64,000 bases of DNA from Terriglobales bacterium (GTDB taxonomy: Bacteria; Acidobacteriota; Terriglobia; Terriglobales; Acidobacteriaceae), in contig JBBIOA010000017.1 of assembly GCA_037443605.1 (NCBI GenBank), positions 20,739 through 84,738 on the forward strand, given 5' to 3'. This document shows positions 62,969-64,000 of the stretch, piece after piece. Positions within the stretch are counted from its first letter, which is position 1. Each line of letters starts with the position of its first letter. The position numbers were made by a program, and so were the translations under genes. Below the pieces are notes generated by a model. The model saw nothing but the letters and a program-made list of their open reading frames with translations. It had not been told where the DNA came from and did not search any database.

Positions 62969-63889
62969 TCAGGATGCCTTCGTCATGGCCTGCAGTTCGT
63001 CGCGGAGCACGTCAGCCTTTGCGGGAATCGCCATCTCCGTGCGCTCGCCGCGACGAATCATCACGATCGCCCCCAGAATCGCCACCGACGCCAGTACCAC
63101 CCGCATCGTCAAAGCCTCCGACGCCAGCAGCCAGCCCAGCAGCACCGCCACAATGGGATTCGCATAGGTATGCGTCGCCACCAGCGCCGGCGGACACCGC
63201 TGCAGCAGCCACGTGTACGCCGTGAACGCCACGATCGATCCGAACGTAATCAGATACCCCAGCCCCAGCGCCGACTTCAGCGAAATGCTTGCCCAGTGCG
63301 TCGTCTGCAACTCGCCCGTCAAAGCGGACGCCAGCAGCAGCATCACCGCGCCACACACCAGCGGAACCGCCGTGCGCGCCAGCGCGTCCGTCGGCAGCTT
63401 GAGCTTCCGCGTGATCGCCACTCCTACCGACCATGACAGCGATCCCGTCAGCACCGCCAGCAATCCGATCAGGCTCGATCCCTTCATCGTCAGTTCGCCG
63501 CCCATCAGGACGCCCACGCCCGCCACGCCCAAAGCCAGGCCCACCGCGCTGATGCGGCTGATGCGTTGCTGTCCCATCGCCCACGCCAGCACCAGGATGA
63601 ACATCGGCTCGGTCGCGATCAGCAGCGCCGCCAGCCCTGATCCCACATACTGTTCCGCCCAGTGCAGCGTGCCATGCCCGATCAGAAAGAAGAGCGCGCC
63701 CAGAATGAATCCTGACTTCACATGCTCGCGCGTTGGCCGATAGCCTCGCGCCATGGCCCACAGCAGCAGAGTCGTTCCCGCGGTGGTGTGCCGCAAACCT
63801 GCCGTGACCAGCGGAGGAATGGTTTCGATCGCGAAGCGAATCGCGAGATAGGTTGATCCCCACACAAGAATAGATGGCGGCGAAGGCAA
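62969..63889 (-). CDS. EamA/DMT-family transporter (N-terminus apparently disrupted by a 1-nt frameshift)
   Basis: 10-TM DMT pattern with WGSTYLAIRF near the N-terminus. The expected TM1 plus ATG lie upstream in another frame (ATG at 63940). Confidence 0.75.
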   Translation of the reverse strand: MPSPPSILVWGSTYLAIRFAIETIPPLVTAGLRHTTAGTTLLLWAMARGYRPTREHVKSGFILGALFFLIGHGTLHWAEQYVGSGLAALLIATEPMFILVLAWAMGQQRISRISAVGLALGVAGVGVLMGGELTMKGSSLIGLLAVLTGSLSWSVGVAITRKLKLPTDALARTAVPLVCGAVMLLLASALTGELQTTHWASISLKSALGLGYLITFGSIVAFTAYTWLLQRCPPALVATHTYANPIVAVLLGWLLASEALTMRVVLASVAILGAIVMIRRGERTEMAIPAKADVLRDELQAMTKAS

Positions 63890-64000
63890 GGGCCAGCTTC
63901 AGCGTCTCGGTGCTGCGATGGTTCGGCGTGGGGTTCGTCATGGTCCGGCGTTGCGCCGGTACCACGACCGGCCTCCCTCCAATGTTGACCAGCTTTTCTC

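Noticed and set aside
63012-63965. 317-aa minus-strand ORF overlapping the EamA gene in another frame
   Set aside because: Only its first ~24 codons look like real protein (TM1 of the transporter). The remainder is a Gly/Arg/Ala-rich alternative frame of the DMT gene. I interpret it as the upstream piece of a frameshifted gene, not a separate CDS.

Overview
High-GC (about 60%) chromosomal segment. Gene content and repeat style suggest Acidobacteriota (Terriglobia-like), but that is an inference without a database search. It is mostly core metabolism, and most genes lie on the minus strand. Recognisable genes include der, trmFO, selB, purL-purF, prfA/prmC, an ATP-dependent DNA ligase, ilvBN, kdsB, a GDP-mannose set (manA/manC/PMM), aspC-like, coaD, recA, a long-form thyX, a GH3 glycosidase and one tRNA(CAT). 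There is also a complete Hyb-type (small-HybA-HybB-large-protease) [NiFe] hydrogenase operon. I found no CRISPR array, transposase, integrase or recognisable defence system. The unusual content falls into five groups. (1) At least six families of short GC-rich hairpin or tandem repeats fill the intercistronic spacers, and two of them appear as in-frame insertions inside purL and the DNA ligase gene. (2) A four-helix-bundle (23S-rRNA-IVS-protein family) gene sits in a 480-bp cassette bracketed by 30-nt inverted repeats, directly against the prfA start codon. (3) An AmgK-like sugar kinase is fused to a RapZ C-terminal domain, next to a MurU-like gene. (4) A single 948-aa protein combines TM, HD-GYP, GAF, GGDEF and PilZ modules. 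(5) Smaller items include an orphan selB, a Gln116-type B3 metallo-beta-lactamase, a frameshifted EamA gene and a candidate Val-rich ilvB leader with attenuator. All family calls come from motif recognition by eye. No searches were run.
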